From the NCBI RefSeq assembly GCF_009914755.1, contig NC_060939.1: a DNA stretch of 64,000 bases; one strand, given 5' to 3'. Made by a program: the position numbers and the translations under genes. The notes beneath the pieces were generated by a model that worked only from the letters and a program-made list of their open reading frames with translations, ran no database searches and was not told where the DNA came from. This DNA comes from the human T2T-CHM13v2.0 reference genome, Homo sapiens. Below are positions 16,872 through 29,149 of this stretch, piece by piece (the stretch's first letter is position 1; the number at the start of each line of letters is the position of its first letter).

Positions 16872-17071
16872 GACCATCCTGGCTAACATGGTGAAACCCT
16901 GTCACTACTAAAAACACAAAAAATTAGCTGGGCGTGGTGGCAGGTGCCTGTAGTCCCAGCTACTTGGGAGGCTAAGGCAGGAGAATGGCGTGAACCTGGG
17001 AGGTGGACCTAGCAGTGAACGAAGATCGCGCCACTGCCCTCCAGCCTGGGTGACAGAGCGAGACTCCATCT

Positions 17072-17102
<31 letters not shown>
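16872..17102 (+). mobile_element. 5'-truncated AluY with a 30-nt pure A-tail
   Basis: gaccatcctggctaac, ggagaatggcgtgaacc and gatcgcgccact Y diagnostics. Confidence 0.9.
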
Positions 17103-17104
<2 letters not shown>

Positions 17105-18031
17105 TGTCCATCCAAAAACCACCATTAAGAAACTGAAAAGGTAAAACTCAGACTGGGAGAAAAGACTGATAACACCATCAACTCTTGGCAAGGATGTAAC
17201 TGGAGAACTAATTCATTCTTGGTGGGAGGATAAAATAGCACAACCACTTTAGAAAATTTTTGACAGTTTCTTATATAGTTAAACATTCACCTATCCTTTG
17301 ACACAGCAATTCCACATCTACATATCTACCCTAGATATTTACCCTAATTTTAGAATTGTTGATTTGCCATTTCAAAAGCAATGATTCTTCCAGAACATTA
17401 GCTTTACACCATTCCATATTTTATATATTTTTTAAGCTACCATAATTTATGAAGATTCAAAATGCAACTTGCCAAGTTTTAAAAGAGAAAAAAAAGTATG
17501 GAAACAGCTAAACGGAAAACAGGCTGGTTAAGTGTGTTTGGGTCAGTTTATTTCTAGTATCATTTACAGGCTACCCCGATATTGTATTTAAAATTTTCAT
17601 TCATTTCAGAGTTCACAAAATAATGATTTTTCCTGTGAAGATACTTCGTTTAAGAGACAAAACTGACTTCTACAACTAAAATGTACACATGTTCAAAGAA
17701 AATAGCTTGTAAAATATATTTGGTTGAATAACATTTACATTAAGCCCTTAAAATTATGTATCAGAATCTCCGGCTATTAAGCAGTCTAATGGTGCCTACT
17801 AAGTCAGAGAGTTGTAATTCTTCTCTCCTGTGCTCTGTTCTGATAATGAAGTAAAGGCATCAGTAGCATCTACTGTGCTAAAGAATAAATGGAATTTACA
17901 ACTGTAGGTAATATTTAAGCACTTTAAGACAAATATGAATACATCATAAATTTCTAACTAGGAAAATATTTTCAATGAGATCTCAAGAAATGTTAACTTT
18001 TTTCAGAATAAAGCACTGAAAACTGACTCAC

Positions 18032-20508
18032 CAACATATCAAGCTGGGTTTCTTCATCTTCTTCTCTTTTTCTCTTCTTATCTTTGCTCTTTTTCTTCTT
18101 ACTACAGGAAATAATTTATATAGATGAGTTTAAGTATAATGATTTGTGTGATAAATAAATATCGTAAGATTGAAACTTGGAAGTCTTTTAAGTTGTTTCA
18201 TTTATAAATTATTGATTTAGGAAGACTTACATTGCTATGCCCTCTTAAATACAGTACTGAGAATTTGCTTCAGGCTTTGTACATATTATGTTAAAGTTCA
18301 AAGCAGATTGTAGAGCCACACCGCCAGAGTTTAAATCCCGATTCTGTCACTTCTTAGCTGTGCAATTTTTGGAAAAGGTACTGAATCTCTCTGTGAGTCA
18401 GTTTCCCCACTTAAAAAATTAGGATAACAACTTAACTCTTAAGGCTATTGTGAGGATTAAGAGGTAATATGTATCTTCACACATTGCTGGTGGAAATGTA
18501 AAATGGTGCAGCATCTACAGGAAACAGTTTGGGGTTCCTCAAAAAGTTAAAGAGTTACCATATGACCCAGCAATTTTACTCCTAAGTATGTATACCCAAG
18601 GGAAATGAAAACATACACCCACAAAAATACTTACATAAGAATATTCACACTAGCATTAGTCACAATAGTCAAAAAGGGGAAACAATCTAAATGTTCATCA
18701 ACTGATGAATGGATGAACAAAATATTACATCCATACAATGGACTACACTACGCAGCCATAAAAAGGAACAAGTGCTACAACAATGATGGACCTCAAGAAT
18801 GTTGTAAGTGAAAGAAGCTAGATACAAAAGGCCACATGTTACATGATTTCTTAGGAAATATTCAGAATAGGCAATTTCACATAGATAGCAGACTAGTGGT
18901 TGCCAAGGACTAGGAGAGGGGGAAGATGGGATGTGACAGCTTTAATGGGTAGGAAGAGATTTCCTTCTGAGATGACAAAAATGCTGAGCAACTAGACAGT
19001 GGTGAACCTCTTGGATATATACTAAAAACCACTGACTGTACAAAAGGGTGAATTTTATAATTATGAATTACATCGCAATAAAAAAATAAAAACCCAAGAG
19101 GGATTTGAAAAAAGTTAATGTGCAAAATGCCTACAACAATTTCTTGGCACATTGAAAGTGCTATATAAGCATTAATTATGATTATTACGATAATATTAAG
19201 ACACTCTTGTCTGCATTTTCATCATAAAGTTTTCAGAAGGTAACTCACCACTCCTCACAGGAAATTCACAGAGTAAAAATCTCACATTCATTCAGGATAT
19301 ACCTGCCATTTATTCTGGCATCTTCATGAGGCCAGACTCCTCGAGAGGGTTCTCAAGGGCAGTGGCTTCAGCTCACTCCTTGATACTTTCTTTCCATCTC
19401 GCCTAACAATATCAAAACTTCTGTTTATCACGGAGGCCAGGAGGAAATGCTCAATATTTGTATGTACAGTCAACCTCAGGCAAATCTGCCAGTTAAAAAA
19501 GAAGCGGGGATATGAATGCACAGGTATTTTTCTCCTAAAGAGCTAATAAATTATCACTACAACCTCCTCCTCACATTTGGCTCAATTTATTTACTGCATG
19601 TATGATCTCTCATTTAATCCTCACAGTCTTCTAAAGGTATAAAAAATGGTCTGAAAGTATAAATGTGTAAACGGAGGTTCAAAGATACTTGATCTCTTAA
19701 TGAGTAAATGGAAGTTCAGACATATTAACCAATTTGCCACAAATTACAAAATTAGTAAATGACAGAGTGCAGGTTCCAGCCCATATCCCTATCAAAGTCC
19801 ATATACACCTCAACCACTGTGTGATTCATCCTGGTTTCACTCTACATATTATCTTAGAAAAAAATTAATCAATAATTTTTCCAGGAAGAGACAATGGAGA
19901 AAAGAATAATCCCTAATAAAGGAAGTTATTATAATGAACTACAAGATCAGACTAAGGCAGACCCACCAGGCAGAGGCCTGGAGAGATGCCTCAGGGGACC
20001 CAAACTCGTGAGTACGGGGCCACGGGTCACCCGCCCGTCTATCCTGTTTCCAGGGTCGTCCGCGCAGGAGGCTGCCCCTCTCTGCACAGGTGCCAGGAAG
20101 GGCGGTCCGCCCTCCGTCCAGCCCAGACAGGGTCAGAGCAAAAGAAGCCTGGGAGGCCACGAAGCCGGCTCTCCGCATCACGGCTTCCACCGGATTCGCG
20201 GGGGTGGAGTGCGTCCGAAAAGAACTGAGGAGGCTCCCGCCGGAGCTGCAGGACCCAGCTCTTCACCTCGGTTCCCTTGAGCACAAGCTTGGTACACTTC
20301 ACTTAAGAGTACTAGGCCATGGCTCTGGGAGACTTCTGCGTGGAGAGGCTGAAGCCGGCTCAGGAAGAGTATGTGACCTGGAGCAGCACCAGGGCGAGGA
20401 GGAACAGAAGTGGAGGCGAAGTAAACACTCCCTGACAGCGTAGGTCTGTTCAGAATCCGCCTCCGTCTTCACCCAAACGCTGAATGGCTATTTCCACTTC
20501 CGGGTTTC
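18032..20508 (-). pseudogene. FRG1: Unprocessed FRG1 pseudogene fragment, 5' half (exon 1 at ~20508-20259, exon 2 at 18101-18032)
   Basis: The minus strand from ATG 20320 reads MA*YS*VKCTKLVLKGTEVKS (FRG1: MAEYSYVKSTKLVLKGTKTKS), with TAG at codon 3, TAA at codon 6 and the donor changed GT>CT at 20258-20257. Exon 2 (intact AG/GT) reads KKKKSKDKKRKREEDEETQLD and then has a 1-nt deletion. The 5'UTR matches the FRG1 mRNA leader as I recall it. Confidence 0.94.
18300..19190 (+). mobile_element. MIR interrupted by an L1MB 3' fragment (~18475-19090)
   Basis: MIR core (tctctctgtgagtcagtttcc...ttgtgaggattaa) resumes at ~19110 after the L1M 3' block cattgctggtggaaatgtaaaatgg...aataaaaaa. Confidence 0.65.
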
Positions 20509-21250
20509 TGCCGGGGAGCTACAGCGGCTGCAGAGGGCCGAAAGGTGTCCGCACGCATCTGCTCCCTGGCGCCCTCTCGAGGAGCCCCTGAGGATTCGTG
20601 CCTCCAAGAGGTGGGGAAAGCCCGCAGAGGCGCCGGTGCTGACGGTGGCGGGGCTGCCGGGCACGCTGTGGAACTGCCTCCCGCTACAGCTGCGGGCTGG
20701 CGATGGTCCCGTGGGGGCGGGAAGCGGCTCAGGCTGCCCTCGCCGGCCTGCGGCGGCGCGTCTGGGAGCGCGGGCCACTCTTGCGCGGGTGTGCCTCGCG
20801 CGACTGTGTGTGCAGGAAACAAGCAGGAAATACCCTAAAATGGAATGAAGTGCCATCTTGAGGGCTGCGGACGTCGCGAGTGCTGTGGGAATGTGGGCCA
20901 AGGTGGAGAGTTATGGTGGCGCGTGTTACAGGGTCAGGGGTCAGGAGGAAGCCTAATCGTGGAGCCGGCATCTGAGGAGGGTCTTGAACGCTGGGCAGGC
21001 TTTTGCCCAATAGAGATGGAGGAAGCTAGTCCTGTCTGATGGAGGAAACAGGGCAGAGGCGTGGAGGGAGATTCGCGGTGCTGGTGTGAGGAGCCACGAG
21101 CAGGCCAGGCCTGTAAAGCAGCGTGATGGGAACCAGGATAGAGAAGGCAAGTCGGGGTCCTGTGGTCGCTGAAGAATTTGAATGAAATCAGTAAACAGGT
21201 GAGAGGGATCCATCGCAAGAGCATGGGATGAAACGAGCAGTAGTCCACAG
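19990..21250. promoter_or_regulatory. CpG island / duplicated FRG1 promoter, probably bidirectional
   Basis: Abrupt GC- and CpG-rich block in AT-rich surroundings, spanning FRG1 exon 1. ETS/GABP motif CCGGAAGT on the minus strand at 20496-20503; YY1-like GCCATCTT at 20852-20859. Confidence 0.8.
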
Positions 21251-22599
21251 TGATTCCTCTGCAGCGGTGGGTATTATTAATCGCGTATGTGACACCAAAA
21301 CCACCCCATTTAAGCTGTGGCTCTTTCCCTAAAGTAGAAAACAGAGACCAGTTGGGTTCCAAGCATCCACGAAGATCTTATTAAATTCGTGATCCCTGGT
21401 GGCACCATGGAGTCAGGATTGGCTCATCTCAAACCTGAATCAGAAACAAAACCATCTCAATGGGCGGAGATGAGCGTCCTTACCCGCTATCATAACGTAT
21501 TTTCTGGTGTTTTCACAGTGCTGCACTTCCTAATCCCCATTCTAGGGCAATCCACATGCCATGATGCCCAGAGGCATTAACAAAGGAGACACACAGGGGC
21601 TCCTCACGTTGGCTTTCCATGGCTTTGATGAAAATCTGTTTCCTCATCTCATACAATGTGGTTCGTAATAGTATCATTTAGGGTTGAAGAATTAAATGGT
21701 ACAAATTATATAGGGTGCTTATGATAACCTACATGGAAAATGCCTAGGATATGTTAGCTATGCTCATCACCAACATCGTTATATGATGGTAATAATCAGA
21801 TAGTCAGGAAGGCCGACACCAAGAAAATGGATACATGCTCTGAGGGAGTAAATGTGGAGAGATCAGAAGGTCAAGAACAAAGCCGTACAACATGTCTGCA
21901 GTAAAGGGATAGAGAAAAGAAAGGCTATAAAAGAAGGAATGAAACAGTTAGAGTAAAATTATAAAATCAAAGCTAAGGAGAATTTCCAGAAAGGGTAATA
22001 TCATTTAATATCATAGAAGTTTAGGAACACAAGATGGAAAAAAGGCCTCTGGGTAACTGACATTGAGGCAGTCTTTAGGGAAGCTCCATTTCTAATAGAG
22101 AAGTAGACACCAAGTCAGCTTGAAGCAGGGACTAGGTGAAGAAGCTGTTGGCTGGTCGCATGGGGAAATAAATAAAGGATGGCATATGCCATATTTCTGG
22201 ATTTATTTCTTTCTTGCCTAGCCTCTATATATGCATAGAGTTTGGTGAAAACTTACAAAAAATAAAAATGAAACCAATTTTGTTTGTTGACTCAAATACA
22301 ATGCTTTGTGTTAGAATCAAGATAAATTCATGCCTCTCCCTTCTATTGTCACCGTCAGTTTTGAAATTAAACATCAGCTTTTCTTCTTCATTAAAATCAC
22401 TTTCAACTCCTCCCAGGTGTTGGTGGTTTGGGGGAGTTACATAAGCAGTCAGGTCTTGATGAGTAGAGGAGGAGGGAACAAACACTTTAGGCAAAGGCAG
22501 AATTCTGAAATTCTGCTCGTATTTTTCTCCAGTAACTTTCCTATGTTTGTGAGGTTATTCAGTCATAATGATCCTAGTGAAATTTTTTTCAAGCTTGAC

Positions 22600-22750
22600 T
22601 AATCGTAATCACTGTGGACGTTTGTTTAAAATGTGTATTCCCAGGCCTCTCTCCTGCTGATTCTGATTCAGGAGATCACGGATGGAACTCAGAATACATG
22701 TGTTTGACAAATACCACAAGTGGTTCTTATGGTCAGGGAAATTTGGGAAT
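22600..22750. mobile_element. MER5A-like relic
   Basis: tttgtttaaaatg..tattcccaggcc...ctgattctgattcagga...tttgacaaatacc..aagtggttctt. Confidence 0.55.
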
Positions 22751-23897
22751 CTAACCAGAAATTTATGTTTTTATGACTGGCAGCTAGAAAAGATTCCTAG
22801 AGTCTTTGCTTTTTGAAAATAAAATATTTCTTTTTTAAAAGGAAAATTGTATGACTAGATACAACATTTATACATGTGGCACATGTACTATACTGTGTGC
22901 TTCTGTCATATTTACAGTCGAAGATGTGTAAGAACACTGTGAGAAAAATTATCTATTAAATGCAAAGAGGGGTAAGTCAGGGTGGGGGAGAAATGGGAAG
23001 GGTGTGCTTATTGTTGCTAAAAGGTAGAAAAGCCAGAATGATAGCATCTAAGGTTGCAAATAGCACATTGTAAGTTGAGGGAGCTTCATAATCATGTCTG
23101 AAGCCTTCTTTGATATACTGAGTTGTAAACAGTGGCTTTGGACAAGATTTGAGGGAGAAACCAACTATGCTTTAAAGTGTTCATTTAAAAGGCTTTAATT
23201 AAAGGAAAGTCTTTATATTTACTTGAGCTAATTTAACTTCAGGACTTTAACAATTTACTAGCCCTTAACCTCTTAAAAATTGTCTTTCATTTCAAATGAA
23301 AGTTTAAGGTGGCCTTTATGTTCGATTGGTATACTTATGTGAAGACTTAACAGCAAGGTACTGTACATTTCTAAATGTTTACTTCTTAATTTTGCTGGAA
23401 GAAATATACTACTCAATTGATTATTTTTAAAGCAAAGTAAAACAATTTATTTTGACAAGCGACACTGTATTTTCCCAGTTTTCTGGTGGCAAAGATTAGG
23501 CTTAACATCACTAATCATCAGAGAAATGCAAATCAAAACCAAAACGAGATACCATCCTACACCAGTCAGAATAGCTACTATTAAAAAATCGAAAAACAGC
23601 AGATCTTGGGAGGCTGTGGAGAAAAGGGAACATTTACACATAATTGGTGTGAATGTAAATTAGTTCAACCACTGTTGAAAGCAGTTTGGAAATTTCTCAG
23701 AGAATTTAAAATAGAAATTCCTTTCAAGCCAACAACTCCATTACTGGTATATGACCCAAAGAAAGTCAGTTATTCTACCAAAAAGACATATGCACTTGCA
23801 TGTTCATCGCAACACTATTCACAATAGCAAAGACATGGAGTCAGCCTAGGTGCCCATCAACAGTGGACTGGATCAATAAAATGTGGTACATCCACAC

Positions 23898-24308
23898 AGT
23901 ATTATTAGGCCATTCTTGCATTGCTATGAAGAAATACCTGAGACTGGGTAATTTGTAAGGAAAAGAGATTTAATTGGCTCATAGCTCTGCAGGCTGTACA
24001 GGAAGCATGGTGATGGCATCTGCCTGGTGCCTGTGGAGTCTCCAGGAAGCTTTTACTCATGATGGAAGGCCAAGAGGGGGTAGGTACATCACATGGCCAG
24101 AGCAGGAGCAAGAGAGAATGGGAGTGGGGGTAAGTACCACACACCCTTACACAACCAGATCTTGAAAGAATTCACTATCACAAGGATGGCATCAGGCCAT
24201 GAGAGGTCCACCCCCATGACCCAAACACCTCCTACCAGGCCCCACCTCCAACACTGAGGATTACATTTCACCATGAGATTTATAGGGGCCACCTTCCAAA
24301 CCATCTCA
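23898..24308 (-). mobile_element. MaLR solo LTR (MST family)
   Basis: tattaggccattcttgcattgctatgaagaaatacctgagactggg...ccaaaccatctca; 5-bp TSD CACAC at 23893-23897 and 24309-24313. Confidence 0.85.
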
Positions 24309-24561
24309 CACACCATGGAATACTATGCAGCCATAAAAATAACAAAATCATGTCCTTTGAAGCAACTTGGATGCAGCTGAAGGCCATTATCCTAAGTAAA
24401 TTAATGCAGGAATACAAAATGAAATACCACGTTATCTCACCTATAAGTGGGAGCTAAACACTGGGTACTCATGGACATAAAGATGGAAAGAATAAACACC
24501 GGGACTACTAGAGGGGAGAAGGAGGAAGGCAAAGTTTGACAAACTATTGGGTACTATGCTC

Positions 24562-24943
24562 ATGTATTAATCTGTTCTCACACTGCTATATAGAACTACC
24601 TGAGGCTGGGTAATTTATAAAGAAAAGAGGTTTAACTGACTCACTGTTCCACAGGCTGTACAGGAAGCATGGCTGGGAGGCTTCAGGAAACTTATAATCA
24701 TGGCAGAATGTGAAGGGGGAAGCAAGGCATGTTCTACCATGGTGGCAGGAGAGCAAGTGAGCCAGGGGGTATGTGCCATATGTTTAAACCATCAGATCTC
24801 ATGAGAACTCACTTACCACCTAAGAACAGCAAGGGGGAAATCTGCCCTCATGAGCTAATCACCTCCCACCAGGTCATTCCCCCTACTTTGGGAATTACAA
24901 TTCAACATGAGATTTTTGTAGGGACACAGAGTCAAACCATACC
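24562..24943 (-). mobile_element. MaLR solo LTR (MSTA/THE1D-like)
   Basis: tgtattaatctgttctcacactgctata...gggacacagagtcaaaccatacca. Confidence 0.85.
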
Positions 24944-26227
24944 AAATCAGCATCTGGATGATGGGATCATTCATACCCCAAAACTCAGCAATATGAGATA
25001 TACCCATGTAACAAACTGGCACATGTACCCCTGAATGTAAAATACAAGTTAAAATTATTTTCAAAATAATTAATGAATAAATAAATATGATTAAATGAAA
25101 TTAAAATTTTGAATTAAAAAATTTGAGAGTGATTTCAGCTTGACAGTTATGTAAGTTATGTAAATTGAAACAGTGAGTTCTGTAGGGTTTGGATCAATTG
25201 CATTATCTGTACTAAGTTGATGACCAGTTGTTTGGATGAAAAGAAAAGAGGTGAAACATATAGATCTAACAGGAAAAAAATGGACCAGTTTTTATGATAG
25301 CAAAAAGAAGAATGGAGGAAATAGGACTGAGGTTATAGTGATTGATAGATATTAATAGAAGACTAAGTCAAAAGCCATTGGTTGCAGAAAATATTGATTA
25401 ATTTTGTTTTATTCCAGTCAGACAAAAAAATCCTATAACCTGCCTCTAGAGAAAACCCTTTTAGCCCTATAATTATCTTTATTCCAAGCACCATTCCATT
25501 CATTAAGTAGTGTATAGGGTGATTAATAAGTGAATTATTCACAGAATTAAGACAAAATTTTTGAGTATTACAGGATATTAATAGTATAGCCAATGAACTA
25601 AAATAAAATTTGACTAGAGGTGTGATCACCATGAATGCCATGTTGGTCTCTTGTTAGATTTGGCAACCTAAAGTTGACAAATTTATTAATAAATAAACAC
25701 TCCTTGATGATTAATTTACATTTAGTAGACATGCTCTTTCTTCTTCCTTCCCTTTCTTATTCATTCATTCATTCATTCCTACAGAGCAGTGACTTTCATT
25801 CTAAGATTCCCAGAATCCTAAGGAATTCTTGAATGTCATCATAGGGAGCCAGGCATGAGGATTCCTAAAAGTTGTACTTAATACTTGAAAAATCTCGAAA
25901 AGTTATATATTTACACCAGAAAAATCTATACAGGTTTAAAGTTATATGTATATAGTTGAATACTTTTTATTTCTATCCAGAACTAAGTCGTTAGAGTTAA
26001 TAATGTTGATTATTTCATACTGACCTAATGGGAAACCTTTATATATCATTGATTACATATTAGTAAAATAAGAACCTCCCAAAATTACAAAATAAATATA
26101 TTTTGTGGGTTTTTCTTAAGTCTTTTGAAACATAAAATCAGAGGAGAGGATTAAAAGTAATCCTTGATTATTAAAAAGGCAGGGAACTACTAACTTAGAA
26201 AATTGTATGAAAACAGCAAGATATATA

Positions 26228-26400
26228 CATGGCCCTCAGGCCAGCTGCCTGTTTTAATAAAGTTTTATTGGAGCACATCCATGGATCTATGGTGCTTTCC
26301 TGCTACAATGGTAGAGTTGAATGGTTGCTGTAGAGACTGTATGGTTTGCAAAGCCTAAAATATTTTTCATCTGGTCCTTTATAGCAAAAGTGAACCCAGT
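26228..26400. mobile_element. MER58-like DNA transposon relic
   Basis: gctgcctgttttaataaagttttattgga...gcaaagcctaaaatattt..catctggtccttta. Confidence 0.65.
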
Positions 26401-26680
26401 TTTAGAACATTCACTTTACAAATTAAGATACAGTGGATGCTGCCTTAACTGACCTCCACTTAACTGATTTACAATCAGCACTTTCTTGTACCCCTGTACA
26501 ACTTATTGACTGATGTCCACTGCAAACGGAAAGCCTTTGAGCTACTTTTAATGCCTGTACATTTCTCCTTCCATCACAGAAATTGTATAGTTTCTAAGAG
26601 GAAGCGGTGTTCATTCCTAAATATGTTTACACCATTTGTTCTTGTTCTTGTAGTTATGCAATTTAATTAAATATGATGTT

Positions 26681-27102
<422 letters not shown>

Positions 27103-28636
27103 TCAGATTGCTTTACCCCAGTTGTCTTCACAGAAAGTGAACAAGAAATCCATGACAACATATCATTGGCATAGTTTCCACAAGAAACTCCACTCTGAAT
27201 CCGTGCAAGGGTTTGACCTTGTTATCAAAATTCTGGCAAATTTATTTACACATGTCTTTTAAATTAAAGTTAAGTTTTAAGGACTTACATCTAATACTTC
27301 TTATGATTCCTCCAACTAACTTAAATTTGTGATTAATCTGTTTATTACTGGTCCGAATCTGATTGAATAAGGGGATTTCTACCATTTTTGCTAACCAAAA
27401 GTTTACTTTGATGAAGACGGAATTATAAATACAATAATTCAAGTTTAAAGAATTAGAATGTTAATGGTTAATACAATTTAGTATGCCTAAAAATCACTTG
27501 AAAAGCTTACTAACAATGTAAATTCTTGTGCCTTAGGCCTGAGATTTTGATTCAATAAGTCTAGCATGGGGCATAGGAATCTGTATTTTTAGGAATGATA
27601 AAGGAAAATTGCTTAAAATAGGGTAAATTATGACTTACAAATATAAAATGAACACTTGTCTAAGATTTTTGTTAAACTCATTTGTTTAATGAGGGAGCCA
27701 GTAAGATGTTATACTGAGTTTTATGGAAAATTAAAAGAGCCACACATATCTAGGCACTAAGGAACACTGAAATAAATTTGCTTGATAGGTTCAAAACTGA
27801 ATTCTTGATGGAAGGTGGGAAAAGGAAAATTAATTATACTTCCACCAAAATCAATCATTTGCCTGTCTATAAACATGAATATTTGCATTACTATCAGTAA
27901 TCTACAACTAACAGAATTGCAAATAACAAAGAAAACAAAAGGCACAGAGACCCCATAGAAACAGATAACTCAGATTATTCTAGACAAGGCTGAGATTTCC
28001 ATTAAAGACACTCAGTGGTAATTTCATTGGTCCATCTTAAAATCTTTCCATTTCCTCCTGAAACAAATTGCTCAAGCAATTCAAATACAATGAATGTGGT
28101 CAGTGGGTCACACCTGGAGAAATCATTTTCTAACCTGTAATCAAGACTGTTGTATTACTCCCTTCACTGGAAAGAATAAAATATTACCACATAAATTCGT
28201 ATTATGATAATGGCCCACTATGAATGCTTTGGTGTTCTTAATTTTCTTAAGATTTATTAATATTTCTGAAGTAACTACTAAATGCCAAGCAATATATTTT
28301 CTAATTTAATCTTTCATTGACTTTTACTTTCACTTCAATTGAGCTACTCACTTTCATGGCTATAAACTTAACTTTTCAATCACTTAAAAATTGATTTCTA
28401 ATGTCATAAACTTTAATGTTCCACTCTGTGACCTGCTCTTTCAGACTCTCTCTTCCTTACTGCCAATTCACCTTCTCTTCTATCTCTTCCAGTGCCTCAG
28501 TATCTTGACTCTTCCATTTTCTTTTTTCTTTGTTTTTATTAAGTGGATACATGATAATTTCACATGTTGATGGGGTACAATGTGGTATTTTGATACATGA
28601 CACATTGTTAAAACCTCTCCTCCCTATCTTTCCCAG

Positions 28637-28714
28637 TCTGGTAACCACTCTTCTACTCTTTATTAGATCAGTGTTTCTGGTAACCACTCTTCTACTCTTT
28701 ATTAGATCAGTGTT
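28637..28714 (+). repeat. Perfect 39-bp tandem duplication
   Basis: tctggtaaccactcttctactctttattagatcagtgtt twice (28637-28675, 28676-28714). Confidence 0.95.
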
Positions 28715-28856
28715 TTTAGATTTCACATATAAATGAGATCATGTGATATTTGTCTTACCGTGGTTAGCTTATTTCACTCACCACAATGTCGTCCATGCTC
28801 ATTCATGTTGTTACAAGTGACACGATTTTACCCTTTATTATGGCCAAATGTGCATA

Positions 28857-29149
28857 TGATATAGTTTGGATATTTGTCCTGACCCATATCTCATGTTATA
28901 TTGTAATCCCCACTGTTAGAGATGGGGCCTGGTAGGGGGTGTTTGGGTCATGGAGGTGGATCCCTCATGGCTTGGTGCTATCCTCATGATAGTGAACGAG
29001 TTCCCAAGCTTCCTGACTAGTCAAGCAGATGTTGGCATTATGCTCCCTGTACAGCCCATGGAACCAGGAGCCAATTATGTCTCTCTTCTTATAAATTATC
29101 CAATCTCAGGTATTTCTTTATTCTTGCAATGCAAGAATGATCAAATACA
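28857..29149 (+). mobile_element. Internally deleted MST-family solo LTR
   Basis: tgatatagtttggatatttgtcc...gcaagaatgatcaaataca with TG...CA ends; TSD GCATA at 28852-28856 and 29150-29154. Confidence 0.85.

Larger units (their letters stand above)
23500..25085 (+). mobile_element. L1MA/L1PB-type 3' end containing two nested solo LTRs
   Basis: atcatcagagaaatgcaaatcaaaacc...ggaatactatgcagccataaaa...cacatgtacccctgaa L1 3' sequence. Confidence 0.85.

Noticed and set aside
19894-21362. Cluster of overlapping 64-142 aa ORFs
   Set aside because: Expected stop-codon scarcity in a GC-rich island; only the short KxTKLVLKGT stretch is FRG1-derived, and it follows two stop codons
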